Positions 37,901 to 51,474 of a stretch of 64,000 nt of DNA are shown in pieces. Where the stretch lies: contig NC_086109.1 of the NCBI RefSeq assembly GCF_963921235.1, positions 10,356,001-10,420,000 on the forward strand. Reading direction: 5' to 3'. Both the position numbers and the translations under genes were made by a program. Position 1 is the first letter of the stretch; each line of letters opens with the position of its first letter. The notes beneath the pieces are model-generated. The model had not been told where the DNA came from and did not search any database. It was given only the letters and a program-made list of their open reading frames with translations. This stretch comes from Mobula hypostoma. Its lineage: Eukaryota.

Positions 37901-40701
37901 GTGTCTACACTCTCCAACCAAAACATCCAGGGTTCCTTTGCATATCTCACTATACTTTGCCTAGGAAATGAGCAACTGTGCTTTGTGGTTAGGACACCTA
38001 TATTTGTCAGTGTGGATTTCACAGCTCAGAATTGTGGGTTTAGGGGCATGGTGAGGTAATTGCAGCTGTCATTATGGAGAGAAGCTGTTTTCTTTCAGTG
38101 AAGCAGAGGAGGCTCTACTTGGAGACACAAGAGGCTGCAATTGCTGAATTGGGAGCCACAAACCAAATGCTGGAGGAACACTGAGCAGCAGCTGTGGGGG
38201 TGGGGCGGGGGGTGGGGAAGGAATTGTCCACATTTCAGGTCCTGCTGCAGGGCTCCAATCTGAAATGTCTGTGATGCCTTTCCTCCCTCAGCTGCTACTC
38301 AGGCATACTTAGAGTTGGTGTGTGTGGTTTGGTTTATGAGGTGTGGGCAATCAGAACCAGGTTCTTTTATCTATCACCATTAAAACATTAAAATACATTA
38401 TTTGTGATGGCAGCCAGCACAGCCTAAGGATATGCTGGGCACTCTTCCCCTCTAAGCTGCACAGGTTTGTGGCTGAGCGGTAACTGCAATGCTCCCGTGC
38501 ACATAGCCTTCGTTGCCATGCAGCTGGAATTGGACAAAGCTAGAAAAAGTTTTTTTAAAAAACGTGAAAGATTTTCTTTATTGTATTTCATGAAACCTTC
38601 AATTAATAAATAAAATCAAACGTGTGATTTTTCAATTTTCATTCTAAGTATTCATAGTATACATATTTAAAAGAAAAAGCACTTAAAGTGTCGTGCAGTT
38701 TTTAGAGCATACTTAAAAAAAAATAGATCAATAAATTTGAGGGAACATTGATGCTATGGGCAAGCCACAAGTGTCAGAATACATTCTACCTTCAACATAG
38801 CATCTCCACTATGTTCAGCAGAGCAACAATAATAAAACAAGTCCTTTTCCTCACACCCTTCCACCCACCCACTAATGTCTCCCCCATATTTTCCTACATT
38901 TCAAGGAATGAAGACCAAGATTCCGCAGGTGATGGAAATCTTGAACAACATGCACAAAGTGCTGGAGGAAGTTAGGAGGTCGGGTAGCATCTTGGGCTGA
39001 CGCCTTTCGTCAGAACTTGATGAAGGGTCTCGACACGAATCGTCGACAGTTTCTTCCTCTCCACAGGTGCTGCCTGACCTGCTGGGTGACACCGGCATTT
39101 TGTGTGTGTTGCCCTGGCTTTCCAGCATCTGCATAATCTCTTGTGTTTGTGTTCTGAGCCTCTGTTCTACAAGTATCTGCAGTCTTGGAGACCCTGAGGC
39201 TCCCCCAAGGACGGAGTAGCTGACTGCTGGCATAGGGAAGCCTGTAAAAAGTGGCCTCTGACTCTATTAATTTTTTTTTGGTTCTGTAAGCAAATTTGTC
39301 TAAAATAGATATCTCAGCTATTTTAAGAAAATATGCCCTGTATTGGTGGGGTGTCACTGATTAAATCTGTGTGGTTGGAAGGCAAATAGGGTTCAATATG
39401 TTTGGAACTTAATGTGAGTCAGATGTTTTTATCACGTCTGTCAAAACATATAGTGAAGTGTGTCATTTGCAAAAGCAACCAAGGATGTGGGTGGGGGGGG
39501 GCAGCTCGCAATTGTCGCCACACATTATGGCATCAACGTATCATCCCTTCCCACTCCCACACATGGGCAGGCTTTCAACCCCAGGGTAGGCTACCTCCAG
39601 TCCTTGGCATAGGGTCTCCAACTTTGGACTTCACCGACCTGTGGGTATTGACCCCAGAACTTGCCGATCATGGCATTGACCTTCAGGCCACGTCGTGATA
39701 TTTTGTGTGTGGGTTGGGTGTGGAACTGCCACCTTTTTCTTTTGGCAAGGCCCTCCCCTCTAAAGGAAATCTATTGCGGTCTGAATATTGTTTTCAAATT
39801 CTGGTGGGAGGTTACGTTTGGTTTTCCCTGACAGACTCGCCCTTACTGCCTGTCACGTTGCTGGAGTTTAGGGCAGCAATGAAAGCCCTCCATCTCTGGT
39901 GTTCGGGCTTCCTTCATCAGGCCACAGCTTCCTCTCAGTTTTCACTACTGTCAGTCATGCAATTCCTGGGTGGAGACTCAGGAATACTGTCGCACTCAGA
40001 TGTAGAAGGAATCTTCATTGCTGTTTCTGTAGCAATTTTGTTTTGTCTGTCAGGAGGGTTAGCCCTGAGCTGAACTCCTGAACCTGGAAGACCTAGTGAA
40101 CCATTCTTTGTCTGACCTCTACCCTTTGACATGTTTGGTATGACTGACCCTACCAAGAGCCAAAGCATAAAACACTCTCCAGCCAACGTAGCTGCCTGGG
40201 TCATTGAAGCATGCAAGCCTCCAAGCCCAACGACAAGGTTGTGGTCCTCTTGAGGGTATAGATGTTAGCAGGTTCAGTATTGACTGCCCATTGCTTCGTG
40301 TCCTTGAGAAGCTGGTGATGAACTACCACCTTGATCTGCATAACCTTACCAGTACGGGTGCTTGCAGTACACACTTGGGGAGGGAGTACCAGGATGGGAG
40401 GGTTGTTCCAAGTCGGACTGTTGTGTGGGTATGCTCCAGAAACCCTCGTCATTTGTGTGGAGGCAGATGCTGTGGGAGTAGCAGCAGCATCTGACCGCAG
40501 CACACTTGCGAATAATGCCCACCGCAAACGCGGCGTGAATTGAGCATTTTAGTATGATGTGTGGGGTTCTGAGCGAGTGAGTTGCTTTGTCCTGGATGGT
40601 TACTGAGCTTGAGAATTGGAGGTTCGCTCAGTTAGGCAACTAGAGAGTATTCCGTCACTCTGTACCATCCGGGTGGAGTGAAACGGGACGGGACGTTTCT
40701 T

Positions 40702-41255
40702 CATAGTCATACTTTATTGATACCGGGGGAAATTGGTTTTCGTTACAGTTGCACCATAAATAATTAAATAGTAATAAAACCATAAATAATTAAATAGTAA
40801 TATGTAAATTCTGTCAGGAAATAAGTCCAGGACCAGCCTATTGGCTCAGGGTGTCTGACCTTCCAAGGGAGGAGTTGTAAAGTTTGATGGCCACAGGCAG
40901 GAATGACTTCCTATGACGCTCTGTGTTGCATCTCGGTGGAATGAGTCTCTGGCTGAATGTACTCCTGTGCCCACCCAGTACATTATGTAGTGGATGGGAG
41001 ACATTGTCCAAGATGGCATGCAACTTGGACAGCATCCTCTTTTCAGACACCACCGTCAGAGAGTCCAGTTCCATCCCCACAACATCACTGGCCTTACGAA
41101 TGAGTTTGTTGATTCTGGTGTCTGCTATCCTCAGCCTGCTGCCCCAGCACACAACAGCAAACATGATAGCGCTAGCCACCACAGACTCGTAGAACATCCT
41201 CAGCATCGTCCGACAGATGTTAAAGGACCTCAGTCTCCTCAGGAAATAGAGACGG
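40702..41255 (-). mobile_element. Rex1/Babar-type LINE 3' fragment, young
   Basis: ORF 40838-41206 FYESVVASAIMFAVVCWG...SHPLH...RKSFLPVAIKLYN. Confidence 0.85.
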
Positions 41256-43567
41256 CTTGTGGTGGGAGATTCCGTTCTGATCTCGTTGTGTAACTGCAGT
41301 ACTCATGTGACTGAACCAGTTCAGTCTCAAACCTTTTACATGTGTGCTGCCTCGTGACATGTCCCGCACTTGTAAAAAGTGTCATGATATTTCCTCCCCA
41401 CTATAGGATTGAGCTGAGCAGAATCCCATTCTTTGGTTGCACAGTGTAATCCTAGTGAAATTTCCAAGCTTTTCTGATTCCTCTCTCCTCAATAAATTGT
41501 GTCCACGCATAGAAATTTGTAAACTAACTCAAGTTGGTACCATATTCATCCTGAGAGTGTTCCTTCAGCTTCTGGACAGGCAACTCTTCGTGTATTTATC
41601 TCACATACATCAGAATGTACAGTGAAATGCTTCATACGTTAACAACCAACGCACCCAATGATGTGCTGGGGGCAGCCTGCAAGTGTTGCCACACATTCTG
41701 ACACCGACATAGCGTGCCCACAGTGCTTGGCAGAACATCACAAGCTGCAACAACAACAGAAAAGGCCCCTTTTCCCCTCTCACACAGACACAGACACAGC
41801 CGCACCCCTATGTAGTGTGGTCACTGTACTAATACAACAAATGTGGTTAACAATTTGTGCACATACCGTAATTTTGTTTTGTGATTGAGGCATGGCGAAA
41901 GCTGAGCGACTTGATATCTTTTGCATCCAAGCGAAAAGGCTTCCTTATCCATTCTTTGACAAATCCTCAGAGTTGTTGCCTCTGGCAATTTGCTTCCCCA
42001 GCATCGCTCTAGCACTTCATTCTGGACCAGGAGTTCCCAACCTTAACATCGGTTAATCCTGGGGGTTCATGGCATAATAAAGGTTGGGACCCCCTTCCTG
42101 TCTAGACCTTCTCTAAGCCTCTGGAGTGGGGCTTGAACCGGCAGCTTGGACTAGAGTGCTGCCCTGCTGATGTCAAGAGCAGGTGGGACAGTCTCCAAAT
42201 GCAACCGAGTCCGCTAAGGAAATCTGACTTCAAGTCGCTGCCTGTTTATTGTGAAGCCCACAATGTCCAGCATCTCTCGATCAGTTTGAAGGGCACGTGG
42301 CAGGTCTGATCCTGAGCTATCTTAAAATAAGATTCTTTATTTTTTTTTCCGCATGTCCATAAAAACATTGAAATGCATCATTTCAATTCCTCTTCCACCC
42401 CACCCAGAGGCTGCTTGACCTGCTGAGCCCTTCCAGCTGTCGTTTGGTTGTTGCTCCAGATTCCAGCACTTGTAGTTATTGTTCCCAACCTTTTTTATTC
42501 CAAGGGTCCCTGCCATTAACCAAGGGATCCGTGGACCCAAGTTGGGAACCCTTGCTCTAATGTAATCTAATTAGCTGGCACGGAGGCGTAGAGGTTAGTG
42601 CATCGCTTTACAGCATCAGCAATCAACCAACAGGGTTCAATTCTGACTGCTGCCTGTCAGGGGTTTGACTGAGTACTCTGGTTTCCTCCCACCTTCCAAA
42701 TACGTACCAGGTAGTAAGGGTTATGAAGGTGTGGGCCTGGCTCACTGGTGCCAGAAGGATGGCAGCACTTGTGCGCTGGGGGCAACCCACCATTTGACTG
42801 TGTTGGTCATTGACACAAACGACTCAGTTCACTGTTTGTTTCTATGTCTTGTATGCCTTCGTTCTGTTGAGACTGTGAAGCATCGTGACCGTTCTATGTT
42901 GGTGCTGGAATGTGTGGGCGACACCCAGCACATCCTTGGGTTGTGTTGGATGCCAATGCACGTAACTGTATGTTTTGATGTTCAATCCTTACGTGCCATG
43001 TCATGTGACGTAGGCGATTATGGTCTTTCCAGGATTGCTCTTGGTCAAATTTTTCTCCAAAAGTGATTTGCCATTGTCTTCTGGGCAGTGACTTTATAAG
43101 ACAGGTGACCACAGCTGTTATCAATACTGCCTAGTGTCGGTGGTCACATAACCAGGACTTGTGATGTGCACCAGCTGTTCATACGACCATCCACCACCTG
43201 CTCCCATGGCTTCACGTGAATGATCGGGGGGAGGGCTAAGCAGGCACTACACCTTGCCCGAGGGTGACTGACAAACTAGCAGAGGGAACGTGCGCCCAAC
43301 ACCTCCTTCGGTAGAGATACATCTCCACTCTGTTGATGTACGTGTGATAAATAAATAAATCTGAATGTATGCACAAGAAATTCTGATTGTGTGGAGGTTG
43401 AGAGAGAGAGGAAAGGGGCTTGTTATGCTGTTGTTTTGTTCCCGTGCTTTTGTTCTGCTGATCATTGTGGTCATGCTGTGTTGTCTGGAATGTGAGGCAA
43501 CATTCCTTGGGTTGTGTTGTTTATTGACGCAAACCACACATTTCACTGTATGTTTCGATGTATGTGT

Positions 43568-43972
43568 GAATTGAATTGACCTTATTTCCTACATCCTTCA
43601 CATACATGAGTAAAAAATCTTTGTTATGTCTCCATCTAAATGTGCCATGTGCAATCATAGTAATTTATAATAAACAGAACAGTCAGTGTAATATAGAGTG
43701 CACTCAAATCAGTGTGAGTTCATCAGTCTGATGGCCTGGTGGAAGAAGCTGTCCCGGAGCCCGTTGGCCCTCGCTTTTATGCTGCGGTACCGCTTCCCGG
43801 ATGGTAGCAGCTGAAGTAGATTGTGGTTGGGATGACTTGGGTCCCCAGTGATCCTACGGGCCCTTCTTACACACCTGTCCTTGTAAATGTCCTGAATCAT
43901 GGGAAGTTCACAACTACAGATGTGCTGGGCTGTCCGACCCACTCTCTGCAGAGTCCTACGATTAAGGGAGGT
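43568..43972 (-). mobile_element. Rex/L2-type LINE 3' fragment
   Basis: DPSHPNHNLLQLLPSGKRYRSIKARANGLRDSFFHQAIRLMN. Confidence 0.85.
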
Positions 43973-44464
43973 ACAAATAAATCTGAATTATTGCAATGAT
44001 ATATTCAACTATTAACTTAATTGGATCAGCACAACGTTGTGGGCCAAAGGACCTATTCCTGTACTGATTCAACACATTAGAGGATCTACTCAACGTCAGA
44101 GTAGATTTTTCTTCCTGGGGATTGTCAGGAAGGAAAGTGTTTGGACATATGGTACCTTGTAGCCTCCTCAGAGTTAATGCATCATTTTTTACGTGTGGGT
44201 TTTATAAGCAAACCCATCAGGTCATTTGTGACATCCCTAAGGAAGCTAGATTAATGCAGAATTGCTTTTTGGGGGGAGTGCTCCTCTAAGGAATGAACCT
44301 TAATCAGAAAGAGCTCCGTTCCTGTCAGTGACACTGGGAATGTAATTCTTTCTCGAACAAGCAAAATTTTTTCAACTTAATATGTCATGTGAAAATGAGT
44401 ATTGGAAGTATTGCGTTGGTAGCACTAGAGAATCCAGATGTAGATCACATAAATAGTGAAATGT

Positions 44465-45780
44465 AAAACTCTGGTTAGACCATACTTGGAGTATTGTGTT
44501 CATTTCTGGTTGTCTCATTATAGGAAGGATGTGGAAGCTTTAGAGGATGCAGAGGTGATTTACTGGAATGCTTTCTGGATTAGACAGCATGTCTCATAAG
44601 ACCACAAGACATAGGGCCAGAATTAGGCTATTTGGCCAATGGACTCTGCTCCACCATTCGATCATGAATCACTTATTATCGCTCTCAACCCTATTCTCCT
44701 GTCCTTTCATGGTAAACTTTGACACCCTTACTAAACAAGGACCCATCAACCTCCACTTTATATCCGATGACTAACCATCTGTGACAGTGAAGTTTACAGA
44801 TTTATTACATAGAAACAGAAACACAGAAAATCTACAGCACAATACAGGCCCTTTGGCCCACAAAGCTGTGCCGAACATGTCTCTACCTTAGAACTACCTA
44901 GGCTTTACCCATAGCCCTCCCTCTGGTAAAGAGATTCCTTCTCATCTCCATTCTAAATGGACGACCTTCTATTCTGAGGCTGTGCCCTCTGGTCCTAAAC
45001 TCACCCACGATCGGAAACATCCTTTGCATGTCCATTCTATCTAGGCCTTTCAGTATTCGCTAGGTTTCAATGAGATTTCCCTTCCTCTCCCCATTTTTCT
45101 GAACTTCAACAAGTGCAAGCCCATCAAATGCTCCTCGTGCATTAACCCTTTCATTCCTGAGGTCATTCTTGTGAATGGTGTTGAGAATGTCTAGGGAGGG
45201 AGTGTGAGAATAGAAGGTTCAAGGGCAGAAATCACAGGCTACAGCAGTGAGGTTAATGTGTAAGGAACTGGTGTTAAATAGGAAAGTAGACACCATAAGA
45301 CCAAGGAGCAAATGAGGCCATTGAGTCTGCTTCACCGTTCTATCATGGCTGATTTATTTCCCCTCTCAGCCCCATTCCTGTTCCTTCTTCCCGTAACCTT
45401 TGCCCTGACTAATCAAGAACCTGTCGATCTCTGCATTAAATGCGCTCATAGATTTAACCTCCACAGCCATCCTTGGCAACGAATTCCACCATTTCACCAC
45501 ATTGTGGTAAATAAATTCCTCCTCATCTTTCTTGTAAAGGCACATTCTTCTATTCTGACACTGTGCCCACTAACTTAGACTCCTCCAATATAGGAAGTTC
45601 CTCTCCACCTCCACTCCACCTCGGCCTTTCAATATTTGATAGGTTTCAATGAGATTCCCCTCCAGATTCTTCTAAATTCCAAATTCCACCCCCCCCCTTC
45701 AAAATTCTAAAATACAGGCCCAGAGACATCAACCTCTCCTCATAACGTTAATCCTTACATTTCTCAGGTCATTCTTGTAG
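44465..45780. mobile_element. Cluster of nested CR1 fragments (both strands)
   Basis: Recurrent CR1 3' sequences and tails. Confidence 0.75.
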
Positions 45781-46626
45781 ACCTTCTCTGGACCCTTGGG
45801 CTTTGAATGCACCACTCCTCCCACAATTTGTCTTTCCGATCTAAGAGAACCAGTGCCCTAAGAATAGTGACAAGATGTTTTTTTTTGTGTGGTGTAGAAG
45901 CAGCTGGAGTTGTGAAGATTGCTATGAAACAAGGTGTGGTCTACCCAGTTTTATGATCTACATCTGCATTCTCTCACGCAGTACTGAGGTAGTGCAGTAC
46001 TTTGAGATGCCCATTTTCACAGGAGATGGTAAACGGGAGCAAATTTTACTTGTTCGGGTGAGCATTGCAATCTCCAGGAGCTCTTTCTGATTGGTAGCAA
46101 TTCTGTTGGTGTGCAGAGAAAATCTTTATCCGTCACCACTAATTTTAAAATCAAATTTTGTCTCCCTCATGTTTTTGATACCCACCCTCTGCGATCATTT
46201 TTCATACAGTCAATGCACCAAGTGAATTGACTTTTCAAAGCACCAATGAATTACACCCCCCCCCCCACTCTCCCAATCATTCTCCGGAGCCTGTACTTTG
46301 AACCCCCTCCAGCTAGGTATCGTGTCATTTGTCATAAACAAGTAGTCTTATTCCGTGGCCAGTAACACAGCTGTACTCTGATTCAAGCCTGTTTGCTTTC
46401 TGCCTTTTTCTTTTCTCCTCTCCCTCTCCTCTCCCACCGATCGTGGCAGTATGGCACTGGGAGGTGCAACGATTATTTGTTATTTTAAAACTGAATAGCG
46501 GAAAATTATCTCAGACTTGTAGAAAAGGACGAGTCCAGTGCGAACAATCTGTGGGAATAAGGGACGGGGTGTAATTGAGTTCTGGGTTGAGATTTCCACG
46601 CACCAGCATGAGTTAATATGATAGTG

Positions 46627-46832
46627 GGGCAGTAAGGTAGCGTAGTGGTTAGTGCAACGTTTTACAGTACCAGCGACCTGGGTTCAATTCCCGCCACTGC
46701 CTGTAAGGAGTTCTCACTGTGACGGCACTTGGGTTTTCTCCAGATATTCTGGTTTCCTCCCACAGTCCAAAGACCTACCAGTTGGTAGGTTAATTAGTCA
46801 TTGTGATTAGGTTAGGGTTAAATCTCGATAAA
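46627..46832 (+). mobile_element. V-SINE/HE1-type tRNA-derived SINE (many copies, e.g. 9620-9930, 33650-33930, 42577-42830, 49612-49866, 56392-56640; minus strand 2030-2282, 20050-20300, 32315-32577, 54590-54820)
   Basis: A box TAGCGTAGTGG, B box GGTTCAATTCC, V-domain-like GGTTTCCTCCCACAGTCCAAAGAC. Confidence 0.85.
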
Positions 46833-47239
46833 TAAATTACCATGGTTTTCTCCCTTCACCAGCATCTCTGGTGTCTTGTAGTGCAAACTGAAAGGCCACA
46901 TGGAGTTGGTGTTTGAAATAGTGGGTGACTTATTATATTTAAAAATTTTTATCTATCAAAAGTATAATTTTTCAAAATACGAGAATAAGAGTTGTGAGAG
47001 TAAGAGTTCGGCACGGACTAGAAGTGCCGAGATGGCCTGTTTCCGTGCTGTAATTGTTATATGGTTAACAAACAATGCAATACCTTTTCATTCTTTCCAT
47101 TCACAGTCAATGCTTTCAGTCCTGTTCTATTACCTTCCTACACCCTTGGGGTTCCCACCACCTTTTCACACCATAGACTCCTACCATTAACCGAGGGGTC
47201 CGTGGACCCCTGCTACGCACCAGTAGAACTGTTGCCACT

Positions 47240-47570
47240 CATTGTGGCCCCAGTAGGGTTGTATACTACCACAATAATTGAGGGGCTCCCTCACCCAACC
47301 CGGCCACTCCCTGTCCAGTCACAGAAGACCCCTGCACTGTGGTCTTCCCTAACCTAGGCCTATCGGTGGCTGCACCAAGCTTCAGCACGATCTCCTGCAG
47401 CCCGGAATATGCCAGTGGGCAGCGTTCCTTCACGGATGTCTCAGTGCGCTGACTGACCGAAGCACGTCCTTCACTGACTTAATTACCTTCCAGCAGCACT
47501 CGATGTCCGTCTCTGTATGTCCTTGCTCAGCGTCCTCTGTCATGCAGCTACTCAGGGAGAACGGTGACAC
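47240..47570 (-). mobile_element. Decayed Tx1/L1-clade LINE 3' end
   Basis: GHTETDIECCWKVIKSVKD remnant resembling the Tx1-type ORF2 C-terminus. Confidence 0.5.
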
Positions 47571-48294
47571 AGGCCATTCATATGGGTGGTCCATCCTTAT
47601 TTCTTATCGATGCAAATTTTGCCATGGTGAATATCAAAGGGATGTTATTAAGCCTTCCCATGTAGGTGATGATAATTTGTCCGCAATTTGAGTTACAGGG
47701 CACTTATTAGTTGTAAAAGTTTCACATCTGCACTTAGCCTGAAAAGGAAAAGAAGATCTCTTAAATTTATAAGGTGCTGAATTACTGACGTGTAGAAATT
47801 GACAAGAGCATACAATGGTGCTTATGACAATTTGCATGTTGTACGTTTCCACAGATGTGTGAGCTGGTTCGGTTGTGTGGCATCTGACACGTCTGCAGTT
47901 TGCTGGTGTAGTTTCCGCTGAAGCTGACATGCTCTGTGGACTGTAGGCAGCATAAACGGCAGGAATTAGCTTCCCCCATGGGCAGAAAACAGTAGGGAAA
48001 TCAGACCGGATTCTAACACTCCAGCTGATTCTGCAGTAGAACGTAGCCTGGGTTTGAGTGACAGATATCAAAGGCCTTGTGTTTTTTAGAACAGACACCG
48101 ATTTCCTGGTGTCGCCTTTTTCAATTTCACCAGCTGTACTGGATGCATGGAACGGATATATTGTGTACACAGTGGAAATGACAGATGGGAAGCAAATACT
48201 GGTAGCATTTTTTTGCTTTCTCACTCTCCCACTGTCCCTCTCTTCTCAGAACACAGAGCAGTACAGCTCCTTAACAGGCTTTTATGCCCATAAG

Positions 48295-48802
48295 GTTAGA
48301 ACATAGAAATTTACAGCACATTACAGACCCTTTGGCCCACAATGGTGTGCAGACCATGTAACCTACTCTGGAAGCTGCCTAGAATTTCCCTACCGCATAG
48401 CCCTCTATTTTTCTAAACTCCATGTACCTATCTAAGAGTCTCTTAAAAGACCCTATTGTATCCGCCGCTACCACCATCACTGGCCGTGCTTTCCACGTAC
48501 CCACCACTCTCTGTGTGAAAAATGTGCCTACTTTCAAGCACCATAAAGCTATGCCCCCTCGTGTTAGCCATTTCATCCCTAGGGGAAAAGCCTCTGGCTA
48601 TCCACATGATCAATACCTCTCATCATCTTGTACACCTCTTATCAGGTCACCTCTCATCCACCATCGCCACAAGGAGAAAAGGCCAAGTTCACTCAACCTG
48701 TTCTCAAAAGGCACGATCTCCAATCCAGACAACATCCTTGTAAATCTCCCCTGCATTCTCTCTATTGTATCCACAGCCTTCCTATAATGAGGTGACCAGA
48801 AT
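48295..48802 (-). mobile_element. CR1 LINE 3' fragment
   Basis: FFTQRVVGTWKARP...FKRLLDRYME. Confidence 0.85.
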
Positions 48803-48834
48803 GTTGTGCCAACAATTTAACCTGCTCCAAGATC

Positions 48835-49035
48835 CAGCTGGTGGTGTAGTGGTATCAGCACTGGACTTCAAGGCAGATGGTTCAAACCCAGCCGGGTCCC
48901 AACCTGGGTAGCAGCCGTATCTGTGTGAAAGAAAGGCCTGGCAATGGAAATCCATATCTTGCCATGAAAACCCTGTGGACCCTCTGGTCCGTAAGGTCAC
49001 AAAGAGTTGGACTCGACTTAATGACTGAACAACAA
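48835..49035 (+). mobile_element. tRNA-head SINE with RTE/BovB-like 3' tail
   Basis: TGGTGTAGTGG / GGTTCAAACCC boxes; tail GGTCACAAAGAGTTGGACTCGACTTAATGACTGAACAACAA. Confidence 0.7.
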
Positions 49036-49884
49036 GATAAATCTAACTCGTCCCTCTGTTTTTCTTTCATCCATGTGTCTATCTGAGAGTCTGAAATGTC
49101 CTGAATGTACCTGCCTCTATCACTACCCCTGGCTCCCCTTTGTATTAGCCATTAAAGAGTCTCTGCTGACCACTCCATCAGTGCCTCTTATCTTGTACAT
49201 TTCTACCAAGTCACCTCTCATCCTCATCCTCCTCCTCTCCAAAAAGAAAAGCTTCCCCTCACTGAACCTATCCTCATTTGACATACAGTATATGCTCATG
49301 AAGCTGACCACCTCGTTTGGAAGTTAATCGTATTTCTCCTTCCTGTTGGAACTACTTGTGGACTTGCAGGCCTTGCGTTTGCTGGTATTCTGATCCTTCA
49401 TCAGAACAGCAAGAGGTGTCAGACTTTGGGTGCTTGAGGAGCTAAAGCTGATGGCAGTTTGCACAAGAATTTCCCCAGCCACGTCTCTGCACGTAGTGGT
49501 GCTGCCCTGTCCTCAGGTGCTGCCTGCTTGCTCAATGATTCTACTCAAATTTTGTTTTTGATTTACTGTAGGACTTGCTTCTTCTTTCCTTCTGATTTTA
49601 TTCAGCAAAATTGGGCAGCATGGCAGCGTAGTTGTTAGCACAATGCTTTACAACACTAGCAACCTGGGTTCAATTCCCACCACTGCCTGTAAGAAGTCTG
49701 TACGTTCTCCCTGTGACTACGCGAGTTTCCTCCTACAGTCCAAAGTCATACCAGGTTGGTAGGTTAATTGGTCATTGTAAATTGTCCCGTGGGTTATATC
49801 AAGAGATTGCTGGGCGACGTGACTTGAAGGGCTGGAAGGACCCACTCTGTGTTGTAACTCAATAAATAACATTTTTTAAAATTG

Positions 49885-50130
49885 GGCTTTTTCCCCGAAG
49901 ACTTGCGCCTTTGGGGGATGGCCCTGTGGACAACTCAGTTCCTCGTTGATGTTGTGTCACAGGAAATTCAAACCTCCAGACAGCAGGCACAGCTGCCGGA
50001 GGCCTATACACTCTAGCGATAGGTTGACACTCAACCCAGCATGGGTGGAACTCGTGCAAGGAGCCGGCCGGATTCGAACCTGGGACTGCTTGCTCTGAAG
50101 TTTGGTGCGGATGCCACTGCACCATCAGCA
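49885..50130 (-). mobile_element. tRNA-derived SINE, unclassified body
   Basis: TGGTGCAGTGG A box and GGTTCGAATCC B box on the minus strand. Confidence 0.6.
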
Positions 50131-51474
50131 CAAACCTGTAAAACTCGGAAGCAGGTTTATTATCACCGGCCTATGTCGTGACATTTGTTTAATGGCGGCA
50201 GTGCGATGCAGTAAAAATACTGAATGTTACAGCAAGAAATATTAGAAATATAAGCAGTGGAAAAAAGAAGCAAATTAATGAGGTAGGGTTCAAGGTTTTG
50301 TGCACCGCTCAGAGTAAGTGTTAGTCCGTAAAGATACCATTCACCTGCAGAATGTGAGCCTTGTCCACAATCTGTGAATTCGTGATTAGTTAATTTTGCG
50401 GAGGCGATGGCAAGAATTCCACAGGCACCTCCGCTTGCTTGGTGTAATTTTAAGCTGCGGCTTGCTTTCAGTTTGGTAAATTTCACCACTTGGCTAAAGG
50501 ATGTACCTCATAAAGTGGCCACTGAGTGTATGTTCATGGTCTTCTGCTGCTACAGCCCATCCACTTCAAGTTTTGGTGTGCTGTGCGCACGGAGATGCCA
50601 CTGTTGTAATGCATAGTTATTTGAGTCTCTGTCACCTTTCTGTCAGCTTGAACCAGTCTGCCCATTCTCCTCTGACCTCTGTCATTAACAAGCTGCTTCC
50701 ACCCAAAGAACTGCTACTCATTGGACTTTTTTCCCCGTACTATTCTCTGTAAACTCTAGAGACTACTTGTGTGAAAATTGCTGGTGATCAGCAGTTTTTG
50801 AAATACTTAAACCACCCCGTCTGACACCACCAATCATTCCACGGTCAAAGTCACTTAAATCACATTTCTTCTCCATTCCGATGTTCAGTCTGAACCTCTT
50901 GACCATGTTAGCATGCTTTTTATGGATTGCTGCCATCTGATTGGCTGATTAGATATTTGCGTTAATGAGGTGTACAGGTGTACCTAATAAAGTAGTCACG
51001 GAGTGAATAATAACATTGCAATTTAATCACAAGGCTAAAGGAAGTTCAGCATTATCTCTGCACAACATATGTTAATTAAGTATTTTCAGAATCTACAAAA
51101 TCCCTTGTGTGTGTATGACTTGTTAATTATCACCTCCTCTACTGCTCTTTCTATATTTTTTCCTCTCTCAGGTACGTCTCCTTGTTCCACAACGCTCTGT
51201 GTCATGATGTTTGTTTACTTTTTCACCCTGCAGTTAGGAACTCTTCCCTTTTAATTTCTGCTGATTAGTTAAAATAATAGGTGGACGAATGAGAAGGCGG
51301 GTGATGTTCCATTCAAAGGGTGGTAGGGGCTGGTGACTCGGTGTGTGACAGGATGGAAGGAAATTCTCTTTAGGAGGATTTGGATGAGATGTGAAGCTGA
51401 ATGTGGGATAGAACAAGAGGAGTGAAGTAGGCCATTCAGCCCTTGAGCAATCAAGGATCAACTTTATTCACCAT

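Noticed and set aside
46627..46700. tRNA genes (A/B boxes here and at ~3810-3875, 48835-48900, 50060-50130)
   Set aside because: These are SINE heads continuing into SINE bodies; no complete cloverleaf or terminator.
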